64,000 bases of DNA from Eledone cirrhosa. Lineage: Eukaryota. The position numbers and the translations under genes were made by a program. Below, one piece after another: positions 26,500 through 39,277 of this stretch. The DNA is taken from positions 136,090,001 through 136,154,000 of the forward strand of contig OZ024742.1 of assembly GCA_964016885.1 (NCBI GenBank), given 5' to 3'. How positions within the stretch are numbered: position 1 is the stretch's first letter; every line of letters starts with the position of its first letter. The notes under the pieces were generated by a model. It searched no databases and had not been told where the DNA came from. It saw nothing but the letters and a program-made list of their open reading frames with translations.

Positions 26500-26855
26500 C
26501 TAATAATTGTTTCTACTTTTGGCACAACGGCCAGCAATTTGAAGGGAATGGAAAAGTCGATTAAGTTGACCCCAGTGAATTACTTGTGCGTATTTTGTCG
26601 ACCACGTAAGGAGGAAAGGGCAAGCTAATCTGACGGGATTTGAATTTAGAACATAAAGAGCTGTAACTATATGCCAAATAATGGTTTCTGATATAGGCAC
26701 AGGATCAACAATTTTTGGGGAGGGGTAGGTCGATTAAATCGACCCTAGTGTGTTACTGGTACTTTATTTTATCGACGCCGTAAGGTTGCTAGTTAAAACT
26801 AATCTCGACGGGATTTGAAATAAAAACGTAAAGAGCCATAACTATATACCAAATA
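26500..26855 (-). mobile_element. Two tandem SINE family A copies (long-tail form, 5' truncated)
   Basis: taataattgtttctacttttggcacaa...gacgggatttgaa, repeated twice. Confidence 0.75.
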
Positions 26856-27310
26856 ATAACCTCTATGTGAACACAAATGCTACGTGCGTGTTTATTGGCA
26901 ACATGACCCTCCCAACGTATAACTATATATCAATATTATATGTGTTTGGTATATGTGTGTATATGAATACAAATAAAAGTGGGAGCAACAGCAGCAGTAA
27001 TATTACTTGAGAGTAACAAAAATATTTTTTGTGCAAAGACTTTTAGCAGCTCTCAATAAAATTGGAAAACTAGATCCTCAGTAATGAAAAAGTATATAAT
27101 GAACTAAAACAAATGGATACCTGAATCAAGAGCAATTGTATATTTATTACAGTACATATATATTTATATAATAAAATATTTATCGAGGAACATTCTTGTT
27201 TTGCCAGAAAATATTTAGTAGTGATAGTGTGTTGGGAAGTTAGTGGACGGATATCGTATCGGGAGATTTATACAGTTGAATGAAGTATATGGACTTTGTA
27301 GTGTTAGTGT

Positions 27311-27437
27311 GAGGCGGAGAATTGGCAGAATCGTTAAAACCTCGGATAGAATGCTTAGCAATATTCGTTTCGTTTCTCCGCTCTCTGAGTTCAAATTCCG
27401 ACGAGGTCAACTTTGCCTTCCATCCATTCAAGGTCAC
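27311..27437 (+). mobile_element. SINE family A 5' half
   Basis: ggcggagaattggcagaatcgtta...ctgagttcaaattcc...gaggtcaactttgccttccatcc. Confidence 0.8.
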
Positions 27438-27802
27438 TAAAAAAAGAATCAGCCACTTCCATTCACACTTTATCCCTTCCTTGGTAGAAATCGGCTGTAT
27501 TCAGAAACGGAGAGTAGATGGGCGACAGCAGCTCTTAAAAATTCCCTAGTAACGCTGCATGTCAATACGGCGTACATAGGATTTACGGGACTATATCATA
27601 TCGAGATTTACGGTACTATAGCATATCATACCAGTCCGAGAATATTCGGATTATACCATACAGTTATTATGGCGAGCTGTTGTAATATTCATAGATTGAC
27701 GACGATTTCAAGTAGCGTTAGGTTGTTAGAGAATTATTGTAGTGATGCAAAAATTATGTATTATACATATAAACAAGCGTACATATTGGCTGCAACTAGG
27801 TT

Positions 27803-28010
27803 TCAAGAATTTGCCAATCCTTGACCATTTTCTCGTCCATGTGTGGCACGAAGATGATTTTTTAGACCTGCCAAGGACGTAGATTCCTTTCTGCATATGC
27901 TGCAATAAAAGAACAAAGAAAATGCCTTGGTCAGGCAACACTTATGAAAGCCGTAGAAATCAAGTAATGCCTGAACTAGGGTTCTCTCATCCCGGGTGGA
28001 TTTACTACAC
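27803..28010 (-). mobile_element. Probable RTE LINE C-terminal relic with a single C2H2 finger
   Basis: FYCSICRKESTSLAGLKNHLRATH (C-x2-C-x12-H-x4-H) at 27841-27910; no TGEKP linker and no neighbouring fingers. Confidence 0.5.
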
Positions 28011-28341
28011 CAAACTAAGTATTTCCATGTCCCGCGCATTCGCACGGGCGTGTGCGTACACACGCACGCACACGCACACACGCACACACACACACATATG
28101 TACATATATACATATATATATATATATATATATCCCTGTGTTTGTTTTGTTCCCTTTATTAATCGTATATATATGCTTCTACATATCGTTATATATATAT
28201 AAATATATATTTTATTTAATTAGAAAGTGGACAACACAATATATAACTACTCCATTACCAAAGGTTTAAAGACACTAGACAATATTAACATACATCTAGT
28301 TCGTTCATCAGACAGAGAGGTTATGAAATGAGGAAATAGTT

Positions 28342-28388
<47 letters not shown>

Positions 28389-28397
<9 letters not shown>

Positions 28398-28560
28398 ATA
28401 TTAATAAATGGAAACTATATTTATAAAACCATAATTATTTTAAATAGTTTCCATTTATTAATATGTTGTATATTTACTCCACTAACTTGTTGAGTGCTTT
28501 ATATCAGTTATAAACATGTTTAAGCTTGTTGAATCCCAACAAATTAAATATAACCTCTGC
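28389..28560 (+). mobile_element. (TA)n-embedded Penelope-like tail with 30-bp 5' fold-back
   Basis: Arms 28389-28418 and 28444-28473 (29/30 complementary), followed by TTGAGTGC at ~28490. Confidence 0.6.
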
Positions 28561-28696
28561 ATATATATATGTAACTACATTATATGTAACTACATTGTTA
28601 TCCGAAAGACTGGACAGTTTATCCATCCCTCTGACGCAATATTATATATTCTATGCCTTCGGTCTATGCACCTAACTATATACAACAGAACCCTCT

Positions 28697-29593
28697 GTGT
28701 ACAGAGAACGTGAGCCTGCCTGTGAGACGTGGGACCGGCTGGGACTTAGCCCAGTAGACGTCCCTCCTCCTTCTCCCTCTGTTGATGTCAACTCCCCCCA
28801 ACGCACTTGGGATGCCATCCAGTGCAGCCTGGCCTCAGACAGGCTCACGCGCCAGCTCGACCAGCACCGCCTTGCTTGTTTTCGTGCGGCCTCCAAACCC
28901 CACAGTGGTGCCTGGCTCCATGCTCTGCCCTCCTTCTCCACTGGCACGCAGCTAGACAACCATAGCCTGCGAATCGGCGTTTCCCTGAGGCTCGGCCTCC
29001 GGATCTGCCAGCCACACCAATGTCGCTGCAGTTGCACCGTGGACTCTTTCGGCCTCCACCCGCTTTCCTGTCGCCACAGCGCCAACCGCATTCCACGCCA
29101 TACTGCCCTCAACGAGGTCATTAAGCATGTATTGGACGCTGCAGGCTTCCCTTCCCAGCTCGAGCCGGTGGGGGTGGATCGAAGGGATGGCAAAAGGCCA
29201 GATGGCATGACCATCTTCCCGTTCCGCGGTGGCAAACCCCTCGTCTGGGATGCCACTTGCACCGACACTTTCTGCAGCCGCAACCTGGTGCAGTCTGCGA
29301 CTGACCCAGGTTCTGCTGCACGTCGGGCTGAGGGGGCCAAACTCCGCAAATACCGGTCGCTCTCCGACAGGTGTGCGGTCGTTCCCCTAGCAGTGGAAAC
29401 TTCTGGTGTCCTCGGCCCCAAGGCTACCTCCTTACTCACCACCATAGGCGTTTAGCTGGCCAGCCGCAGGTGTGAGCCCCGCGAGTTGGAGTGGCTTTTC
29501 CAGCGCGTCTCCCTTGCCGTCCACCGAGGAAACGCCTTCTCCATTCTGTCCGCCGGGTCTGTAGGTGGGCCCCATCGCGTACCAATACATTAG
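28697..29593 (+). mobile_element. 5'-truncated CRE-clade non-LTR retrotransposon (zinc knuckle plus RLE endonuclease) with one in-frame stop
   Basis: SGAWL.ALP, CRC...DSFGLHPLSC, RHTALN, DGKRPDG...LVWDATCTDT, KLRKY, PLAVETSG; TAG at 29453-29455, then the frame continues WLFQRVSLAVHRGNAFSIL to a stop at 29591-29593; GC-rich island. Confidence 0.9.
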
Positions 29594-30122
29594 TTAAATA
29601 CGATTTTCTGTCTTACATCTCGCATTCATCAATATCACTTAATATGACTATATAGCTGTGTTGTTACCCTGTATATCTGTCCCTGTATTTGTTAGCCATG
29701 TTCATCACCACCAGTTAGTTACACAGTAGCGTCCCAAACAGTATCAAGGAGAACAGCCAGTCAGGTTTAGGACAACTAAGAAAAAGATACTGTTGGTCAT
29801 TTACACATTACACACTAACGCTATAGCAGTTGTGGTTATTGCATCAGTCAATGTTACGTCACTTACTGCCATCACTGCTACTACTACGAGCCAGATAGAA
29901 AGAAGGAGTAAGGGTAGAGAAGGGATTGTGAAAAATGGGAATGGTGAAACGAAACACTGAGAAATAGCAACGAATTTTCTCGTATCTATTCAAACACACA
30001 CGCCCCCACCCCACCCCCTCCACGCACAATATTTATATATATATATATATTTAAGAAAGATGGGTATGAACATACACATAAATACATAAACGTATCTACA
30101 TACATATAGAAATACATACATG

Positions 30123-30700
<578 letters not shown>

Positions 30701-31273
30701 TGCGAACACATTCTTATATGTAAAATATATAACTATATACCAGGGGCAGTAGAATTGAGAGGGAGGTGTAGGTGGGTTTCAAGATGGTCGTGTGTGTCCC
30801 CACCCCCGCCCCATGATTATATATTTTTTCTCCCCAAACTACTAAAACACACATTTAATTGTATATGTGCAACAATTTATGTACACGCTATGTTTATCAC
30901 ATATCGAAGTTTTTTATATCTTGGTTGATATTTGATAATAACAGCTATACTAATTTACTACAACTAAATTCACGTAAATTCCTCTTTCCCCTTCAGAAAT
31001 GTTTCCACTACCCCTGTATACATATATATGCATGAAGAGGACCGTCGATCGAACAAAAAATTCCTGACTAGAAACAGGTAGTGACGTAACCATTACCATG
31101 CTAGTCAATACGAGCATTCTTCCTTCTGAAACGATCATAAAATAATGAACTACTACCTATCTCTGACTTTTGTTGTTTTCATATATATACATATACATAT
31201 ATATACATATATATACATATATATACATATATATACATACACACATACATATACATATATATATATATACACA

Positions 31274-31311
<38 letters not shown>

Positions 31312-31335
31312 AGTGATCAAAATAAGAGAAGGATA

Positions 31336-31435
31336 AATCAACTTTGCCTTTCATCCTTACGGGGTCGATAAAATAAAGTACCAGTAATGAACTGTGTAAT
31401 TTGCTGGCCTTGTGCCAATAGTAGAAATAATTATT
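31336..31435 (+). mobile_element. 5'-truncated SINE family A, short-tail subfamily
   Basis: aactttgcctttcatccttacggggtcgataaaataaagtaccagtaatgaactg...ccttgtgcc. Confidence 0.8.
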
Positions 31436-32099
31436 GGAAGAGCAACAGCGAAAAAACGTCTGTCTCCATATCAGTAGGTTGTATAAGAAATACATTACGT
31501 AATAAATATATTCCCTAAAGTGATGTTTGAAGAGGTCTTGACAGTGATTGCGTAATGGCCACATTTCGCACGTAATAACTACTCAGAAATACGTATTACA
31601 GCAAATTACGTAATAAGATGAATTGCGGGAATCTAGCCTTTGTATTTTTCTCTGCATTTGCAACTGATTTTTTAAAGAATGTTGGTATCCAAACATATCC
31701 GGTGGATGCTATTTGGAAACTTATCGGATGTTATTACACACTTTCTGGGTGAGCATTTTTCTTGTGTATCATTCCTATTGTTATGCGACATAGTTTCTAT
31801 GTATGTAATCACAAGTTGTCACCCTAACAAAACGACCAGTCTGTTAAACGATTGTCGATCTGTTTTTTGTTGTATGACCGTTCAGTTCATGCGGTGTCAA
31901 AGTTTATTCCTTCCTTCGTGATATTTTCGACTTCGTCTTTACGTGGAATGCAGGTGAAGAATGGTGTACTTCTATGCTTCCTACAGAAAGAAAGGAAGTA
32001 TAGCTCGTCCCAAAGAGAAGATCAAGGTAAAAGTAAGTAATCATAGGGAACCATTTATTTGAGGTCGTTCAATGTCGAATTTAATGTTGTTGTTATTGT

Positions 32100-32345
32100 T
32101 ACAGCTCACACCTATGCAGGTTTAGCTGGCCTCTTCCGAGGTATATCTCGTTGGAGGTGTCTTGGTTGATTTAATGATAGGGGCCCCAGTCCTATTATTT
32201 CATTTCTACAACTAAGTAAACTGGAGCAACGTGAAATAAAATGTCTTGCTCAAGGAAACAACACATCACCCGGTCCGAGAATTGAACTCACAACCTTTCG
32301 ATTGCAAGCCCAACGCTCTAACCACTATGCCATGCGCCTTCACAA
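32100..32345 (-). mobile_element. tRNA-derived SINE family B variant; near-identical copy at 34487-34712
   Basis: gagaattgaactcacaacc...ctctaaccact.gccatgcgc head and shared acagctcacacctatgcaggtttagctggcc tail. Confidence 0.8.
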
Positions 32346-33127
32346 TGTTGTGCATAACATTTAAAATGTTATGTATTACCGTGAGCTCCTCTCTTTAAGG
32401 GGTCAGCACTACAGCGTCGTCCTCCTATCTAGTGTGCAGTGTATTGCGTCACATAGTGAGCAGTGCCCATTATGCTTATGCTATCCGATGTGTGGGGTGT
32501 GTGAGTCAGGACCACGGTGGAAAAACGTTATACTGTGGTACGTTATACTGTGATAACATTGGATTTGAATTAACTTTGTTTGCATAAAACTCCGGAAGCT
32601 TGTTATATCTATATCTCACTTTAATTATGAGAGATAGGTGTTTGTATGTGTATTTCTGTCCGTATCTAAGTTTCCGTTTGTGTTTATCTGTGTTTATGTG
32701 CCGTAACCTAGCAATTCGAAAAATATGAGATCGATAAAATAAGGACCAAACTTGAAACAATAGTACTGCAGTCGATATGATCAATTAAATCAAGGTGGTA
32801 CCCAAGTCTGGCTGCAATTATACACATACTAATATATGTTTGAAAAATAAAATCAAACAAACTTCAAAGGAAATGCTCAAATAGATAGAGTGAAAAATAA
32901 GACGAAATAAACATGTGGACGTGAGTATGAATGAAGGAGAGCATTAGAAAACTACACAACCATTCATAGAGTGAAGGAAGGAAAGAAAAAAAGAGAAATG
33001 GAGTGTGTGAAATAGAATATAGAAAAGCAGAATAGGTGAGATGGAATGAGGGTGACGGTTTGGATTTGAATCAAGCAAATATTAGAATAGCAGTTATACC
33101 ATTTGCATTCGTGAGTTGTATATCAAA

Positions 33128-33388
33128 CTAACTGGCCCCGCCCCGTCAAAAATGACGGCTAATTGTAATATCTATACCTAATTTTAAAAAGAAATGCTTG
33201 TTTGTTGGTTGGTTGGCTGTTTGGTTGGTTCCTTCGCGCTCATTCACGCAAGGGATGCAAGCACACAGGCAATGTGTGGCCAATTCGCTATACATATACA
33301 CACATTGGTCCAGCGAATATTAGACGCTGCTTTCTGTAGTTTGTCATAATCCCTTCCTTCCCCAGTCATCTCTATTATATTAGTAGAT
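33128..33388 (-). mobile_element. Possible non-autonomous Helitron
   Basis: Minus strand begins A|TCTACTAATATAATAG and ends with hairpin ccgtcatttttgacgg plus ..TTAG|T. Confidence 0.4.
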
Positions 33389-33782
33389 AATAATATTCGA
33401 TTCATTTGCAAGCAAACAGCCTCATAACATTATGTGTTTTAGAAGACTATTGTCACCCTTTTGTTCTCGCGGAAGCAGCTATACTAGAGCGAAAATTATT
33501 TTGTTTTTAATTTTCGGAAAAGCCAGCTGTAAATTCGCACGGTATGCAAATTAGGCTAATCAGCCGATGTATTCTTTAGAGAATACTATATATTCTCAAG
33601 AGTTCTAGTGTGTGACAGAAAATGAGAGATACACAGTATTGATGAAGAGCAATAACGCCGAAACAATTGTCGATTGTGTCTCTCTGCTACCGCTAGAACA
33701 AAAGGATGACGATAGTCGATTAAAACACATAGCGTTATGAGGCTGTTTGCTTGCAAACGAATCGAATATTATTATTACCCAG
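33389..33782. mobile_element. MITE-like element with ~90-bp terminal inverted repeats
   Basis: aataatattcgattcatttgcaagcaaacagcctcataac...cttttgttctcgcggaagcag (33389-33478) vs its inverse at ~33684-33775. Confidence 0.75.
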
Positions 33783-34050
33783 TGCAGTATCGGTAGAGGG
33801 TTGGTCGCCATGCTTTGACGCATAGAGTTACGGCCCTTGCCATTCTGAGTTCAAATCCCGCCGAGGTTAACTTTCCCTTTCATCCTTACGGGGTCGATAA
33901 AATAAAGTACCAGCAATGTACTGATAATTGCTGGCCTTGTGCCAAAAGTAGAAACAATTATTGTTCGGGGCACCATGCTTTTCAGCATAGTTACGTCCCT
34001 TTACGGTCTGATTTCAAATCCCGTCGGGGTTAACTTTGCCTTTCATCTGT
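33783..34050 (+). mobile_element. SINE family A short-tail copy plus a second partial copy
   Basis: gcagtatcggtagaggg...ctgagttcaaatcccgccgaggttaac...agaaacaatta, then caccatgcttttcagcatagttacg...ggttaactttgcc. Confidence 0.85.
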
Positions 34051-34165
34051 ATAACAAATATATAAGTGTGAGTGAGCTCAGATCCATTTCACACGAAATG
34101 TCAAGAAACTGTGATTTTCATTTCTCTTTAATATTTATATGAACACACACACACCCACATACACA

Positions 34166-34226
<61 letters not shown>

Positions 34227-34486
34227 ATATATATTACTCTTTTATTGGGGTCAATCACATTTCGCTCCGAGCCTCGCCACACATCTGTTTGTTCAATCGA
34301 ATGAAACATGTTATAAAGGTGTAAATGTTTAAAACTAAATATAGCTCCACATGCAAACTGATAAAATACTAACCCAAAATTTCACGTTGTCCCTCAAACC
34401 ATTGCCTCTGCCATTCTCTGGAATCTCTTTCATGTTACAATTTTAGTTCTTTAATTTGTAACCCAATATGTCCACTTTGTGTGTGA

Positions 34487-34712
34487 CAGCTCACACCTAT
34501 GCAGGTTTAGCTGGCCTCCTCTAAGGTATATCTCGTTGGAGGTGTCTTGGGTAATTTAATGTCCTATCATCTCATTTATACAGCTGAGTAAACCGGAGCA
34601 ACGTGAAATAAAGAGTCTTGCTCAAGGAAACAACACATCACCCGGTCCGAGAATTGAACTCACAACCTTTCGATTGCAAGCCCAATGCTCTAACCACTAA
34701 GCCATGCGCTTT
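34487..34712 (-). mobile_element. SINE family B variant
   Basis: Near-identical to 32100-32345. Confidence 0.8.
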
Positions 34713-35534
34713 CACTCTAACACTCCAACGTTGTTGAAACCGTTCGACTAACACTCGATCAACCTCAGTACTTCTATCTTTCATAGTTTTTCATACCTCA
34801 GTACTTCTATCTTTCATAGTTTTTCAATCACTTTCATAGAAGAATAGCAATATAATTCACTCTTTGCATTTTTACATCATACAAGTTATATGCGCCAAGA
34901 CTACACGTCTCAATTAGCTTAAATACCGAAACTCTTCAGTTCAGTTATTTCTCTCACCACTTCCAGTGGTTCTTTTAACGTACAATTGAACCCTGCTTGC
35001 CAAGTCCTAAATCAAATTTTGTGCAGCAATTTTACATTTTGTGCCCAATGCTACATGCACATACATGGTAAAAGGTTGTTTAAAAACTTAAACCACTCCA
35101 TAAAGATTAAAAATAGCCATTGCAAATGATTCTCAGATTCAGAGAATATCAAACAATGGGTCATGGAACTTTTCTATAATAAACTCTGGTCACTCCCAAC
35201 TTACCCTAGATCGATATGAAATTATGATTAAAATTTATATCACTACTGACATTTGTATTATGTTTGAAAGCCATAACTTGTGTTAATAATAATAGAAATA
35301 CTCAAGGAAGTTTCCCAATTCATTGGAGCTGCAGACGCTACCAATATCAAGAGATTTACATGATTGTAAATCATACAGAGCGTTCAGTCTGGTCACACTG
35401 AACAGAAAGACTATTGGATCGCATGAAATTGAAATGTCTGCTCATAAAGAGACATCGTACCATCAGTGGCCTGAAATCAACGAGATATCACTAAACGAGT
35501 CAAGTTCTGAGAGTGAGAGAGTGAGAGTGTGTGC

Positions 35535-35571
<37 letters not shown>

Positions 35572-36034
35572 GTACTTTATATGACAAATCTGACCTCAGA
35601 TGGATTTGAACTCAAAAGCGCAAAGAGCCGGACCCACCGCTAAGTAAAATGCATAGATAAGTTTAAAGAGAAAAATTCTTCACAGATGTAGCCATACGTA
35701 AGTGGAATAGTCATGTGTGTACTGAGATCGCAAGGAACAGCGTTAGTATTACGTAACTGGAAGGCGGACATGATGAAGTAAAGTAGAATTGTGAAACTAA
35801 TGATGATAATGATAATGATAATTGCGTTGATTGAGAAGACGATTATAATGATGATTGCGATGTTTGGGAATATTAAATTGGTGATGGTGTTGGAGTTGCC
35901 GATGATGATGATGATGATTGCGTCGTTTGGGAAGATCATATTGGTGATGGTGGTAGTGATATTGGTGATGGTGATAATTCGGGCGGAAGAAATAAAAGCG
36001 AAAGAAAATTAAATTTACAAGCAGTAGATAATGG

Positions 36035-36086
<52 letters not shown>

Positions 36087-36633
36087 TCACCACCAACTAT
36101 TTTTAATCTACATACTACTAGACATCAAGACCAGTTAGTGTGATGAAGGCTTTAGATTCTTTGAAGGGACATTTTGACGTTCATGCCTCTCCTGATATTT
36201 AATTAGGACAAGTGTCACCACTATATTTTATCGAACCGGGTTGTAAATCTTTAACCCACAACATTAATTATTTTAAGGTACAGTTGACGCCTGCTTGTCT
36301 ACTTCTAAATCTAATTCTGTGCTGTATTAATGTATATAGTAAAATCTCCAATGGCAAATAAAGAAAGAAGACGACAATACACGACCATCACACTGAAAAG
36401 CGAAACCACCTTTATTTACAGTTTATTTGACAAGAGGTATAATTTGAAGTATATATATGAAGTGTATATATGAAGTGTATATATGAATTATTTATATGCT
36501 GATTCGAGCTTTCTACGTTGTTTTAAAATTTCGTCAAATACTAAGATGTTTAAAACTTAAAACAATGTGATGGCACTTGCCTCAAATCTTAGTGCAGTTC
36601 TAAAATGTCCTTAAAATAAAACCTGACTCACAA

Positions 36634-36767
36634 TAAATCTAAAACACTGTTACATAGTCTCTGTTTTACGTTCACTAGTTTCCTTAGCCTTTAGTGCTCT
36701 TAAATCTAAAACACTGTTACATAGTCTCTGTTTTACGTTCACTAGTTTCCTTAGCCTTTAGTGCTCT
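36634..36767. repeat. Perfect 67-bp tandem duplication
   Basis: taaatctaaaacactg...ttagtgctct at 36634-36700 and 36701-36767. Confidence 0.95.
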
Positions 36768-36833
36768 ATCATGGATAGTGGGAAAACACTTTCGAGGGTT
36801 AAATGATTTTAATATACAGCGGAGTCTTTAGGG

Positions 36834-37915
36834 CAATGGTTCTCAAACTTTTTGGGCTAGCATCCCCCTCGTGACTATGTAATACCCTCAGCTCCCTCAA
36901 CCCTATTTGCAGAGAGACCTCCTACTTACATGCAAATGGTAAATAATATATAACAGATAAAATCGTTAATTTATATATGCTACTAGCAGATTTACCCGGC
37001 GTTGCCCGGGGTTTGAAATTATGCTATGAATATACAGCTAGGAAGTAAAAGAAGAAAATTATTTGTCCCCAACCTGTCAAAATAAGCAGAAGTCTTCAAT
37101 AATTAATGCAAACGAATATTTAGTGCAATCTTTGTACACATAAAACTATGCTGATAATGAAGGAAAATGTTGTTTCAACTGATTTCTTCATTGTAATAAT
37201 AGTTTTTTTTATAAATTCACAATATCCTGGAAGCATAGATAATGCTTGCCTCAAATGTGGACGAAATTACTTTAAAAATGTAAAAGTTGTAGGTCCCAAC
37301 GGTTTGGGAAAGTCCCATAAGGATTGTTTTTAGATTGATTTCTCCCTTACAGCATACACCTTAGAAAAAATAATCTTCTTGTATTACCTCGACGGCATAG
37401 GCACATTTGGTAAAAAAAGCTCGAAAAATGTAAAAGTAATTGCAACTTTTAATTTGCATGTAAAATCCCATAAGGATTTTGTCTTCATTGTTATTTCCCT
37501 TACATCATGCACTTCAGAAAAAATAATTTTGCTATCGATAATTTTACTATCGATTTTTTATTGCTCAACGTGGGTCTATTTGAAAAAAATGTTGTGATGC
37601 GACCATCTTAGCGATAGGTGCAACGTGCACAGAAAATTTGGTCAAATTCGGTTGGGAATTGTAAAAGCCTTAGGTGTCCAAATTTGTCCACAGACACACA
37701 CACATCCTCGCTTTTATATATATATATATATAGATAGATGTATATATAAATATATATAATTTTTATTTTACTATATATATATATATATATATATATGTAT
37801 CATTTGATATTCAATATACTATTAAAGTATCTCTCCTGCCCCCTTTGACTCCAGCACCCTCTGGACCTTCTCAACGACCCTCGGGGTGTGGTAGCACCCA
37901 CTTTGAGAACCTCTG
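36834..37915. mobile_element. Non-autonomous hAT (Charlie-like) element
   Basis: TIRs CAATGGTTCTCAAA / TTTGAGAACCTCTG; 8-bp TSD ctttaggg / ttttaggg. Confidence 0.85.
36983..37734 (-). mobile_element. Non-autonomous Helitron nested in the hAT element
   Basis: Minus strand: 5' A|TC-TATATA...(TG)n; 3' hairpin cccgggcaacgccggg followed by CTAG|T. Confidence 0.85.
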
Positions 37916-38819
37916 TTTTAGGGCATCGGTTTAATTGTCTCTCTCTGTGCTCTGAGTGCAAATGCTTCCGAGACTAACTTTGCCTTTCATCTTCTCGGAA
38001 TCGATAATCTCAGTATGAGTCCAATACTAAGACAGGGACCGTTTTTTCCTCCTTCCTCTTTAACAATTTCTCTCTTTCTCTCGAAGAAACCACATGAGTT
38101 CATACATGGTAACTTTTAAAGAAATCCCGTCTTCAGTCATGGAAACGGATGTCCTCTGCTAAGTTTAAAGGATATACAGGTTGACAGGATGGTGAACCTT
38201 ACGACTCCGTCGAGCGTTAAAGAGACTTGTTTTTCCTTTCCTAAAGGCTCAAGGATGTAGCTGTTTACCATAGAAAACAGAGGGGGAACTGTTTAGACAT
38301 AGTAAATTGATTGTAAATATAATTTCATCCTTTTATATAGTTTCAGCCATTTGACTCTGATCATGCTGTCACAATTCATTCACCGTTTTTGTCTTAACAG
38401 GAAGATAGATATATATAAATTTGGAGAAAAGACGGCGGGATATACTATGAGAATCAGTAAATAACTGAGTGAAAGAATGAAAAATATTGCAGAGTGGGAG
38501 GAGTAGGATCGGAATTCATTATAAAATCGATCACCAGATCGATAGAAGAGGAGCTGATGTTTGTGTGCATGTTTGTTTATTCGTTTTGCGTGTGTTGTGG
38601 ACAGGATTGTCTCGTACGTTACGGAGTGTGTGAGTATGTAAGTTGTATGTATATATATATATATATATATACACGCATCTTAATTTGTTTTATATATATT
38701 AAAATACATATATGTGTGTGTGTGTTATCTCAGAACGATTGTAATATTGCGAGTTGTCATTCATAGTGTGTAGCGACGTGTGTGTGTTATTTGTGGTTTC
38801 TATGTGCATTATATTGTGT

Positions 38820-39235
38820 TTGGCAGTATCGGTAGGAAGTCGGACGCCATGTTTTCCAGCATAGTTACGTCCCTTTACAGACTGAGTTCAAATCCCGCCG
38901 AGGTTAACTTTGCCTTTCATCCTTACGGGGTCGATAAAATAAAGTATCAGTAATGTACTGGATAATTACTGGCTTTGTGCCAAAAGTAGAAACAATTATA
39001 TTGTCTGAGATACAGTTCGCCAAAAAATAGAGCCATTAAGGTTTCCTTATGGGTGTAGGATAAGTCGATGATATCCACCAGTACTTGACTGGTACTTTAA
39101 TTTATCGACCCCGGAAGGATGAAAGGCAAATTTGACCTTGGCGGGATTTCTACTCAGAATATACAGAGTTGTAACTGAAAGCTGCAAAGCATTTTCTCCA
39201 AGGTTCTACTGACACTGTCAACCAACCACCCTCAA
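38820..39235. mobile_element. Tail-to-tail SINE family A pair (+ 38820-39000, - 39050-39235)
   Basis: SINE core present in both orientations. Confidence 0.8.
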
Positions 39236-39277
39236 ATAAAAGTAATTATTTTTTATAACATTGGCACCATTGTTGTT

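Noticed and set aside
28290-28318. Minus-strand CTGATGAACGAAC motif
   Set aside because: Stem II and GAAA are absent; at most a deleted remnant
28672-29445. 257-aa antisense ORF over the CRE fragment
   Set aside because: Shadow of a GC-rich coding strand; no recognisable motif
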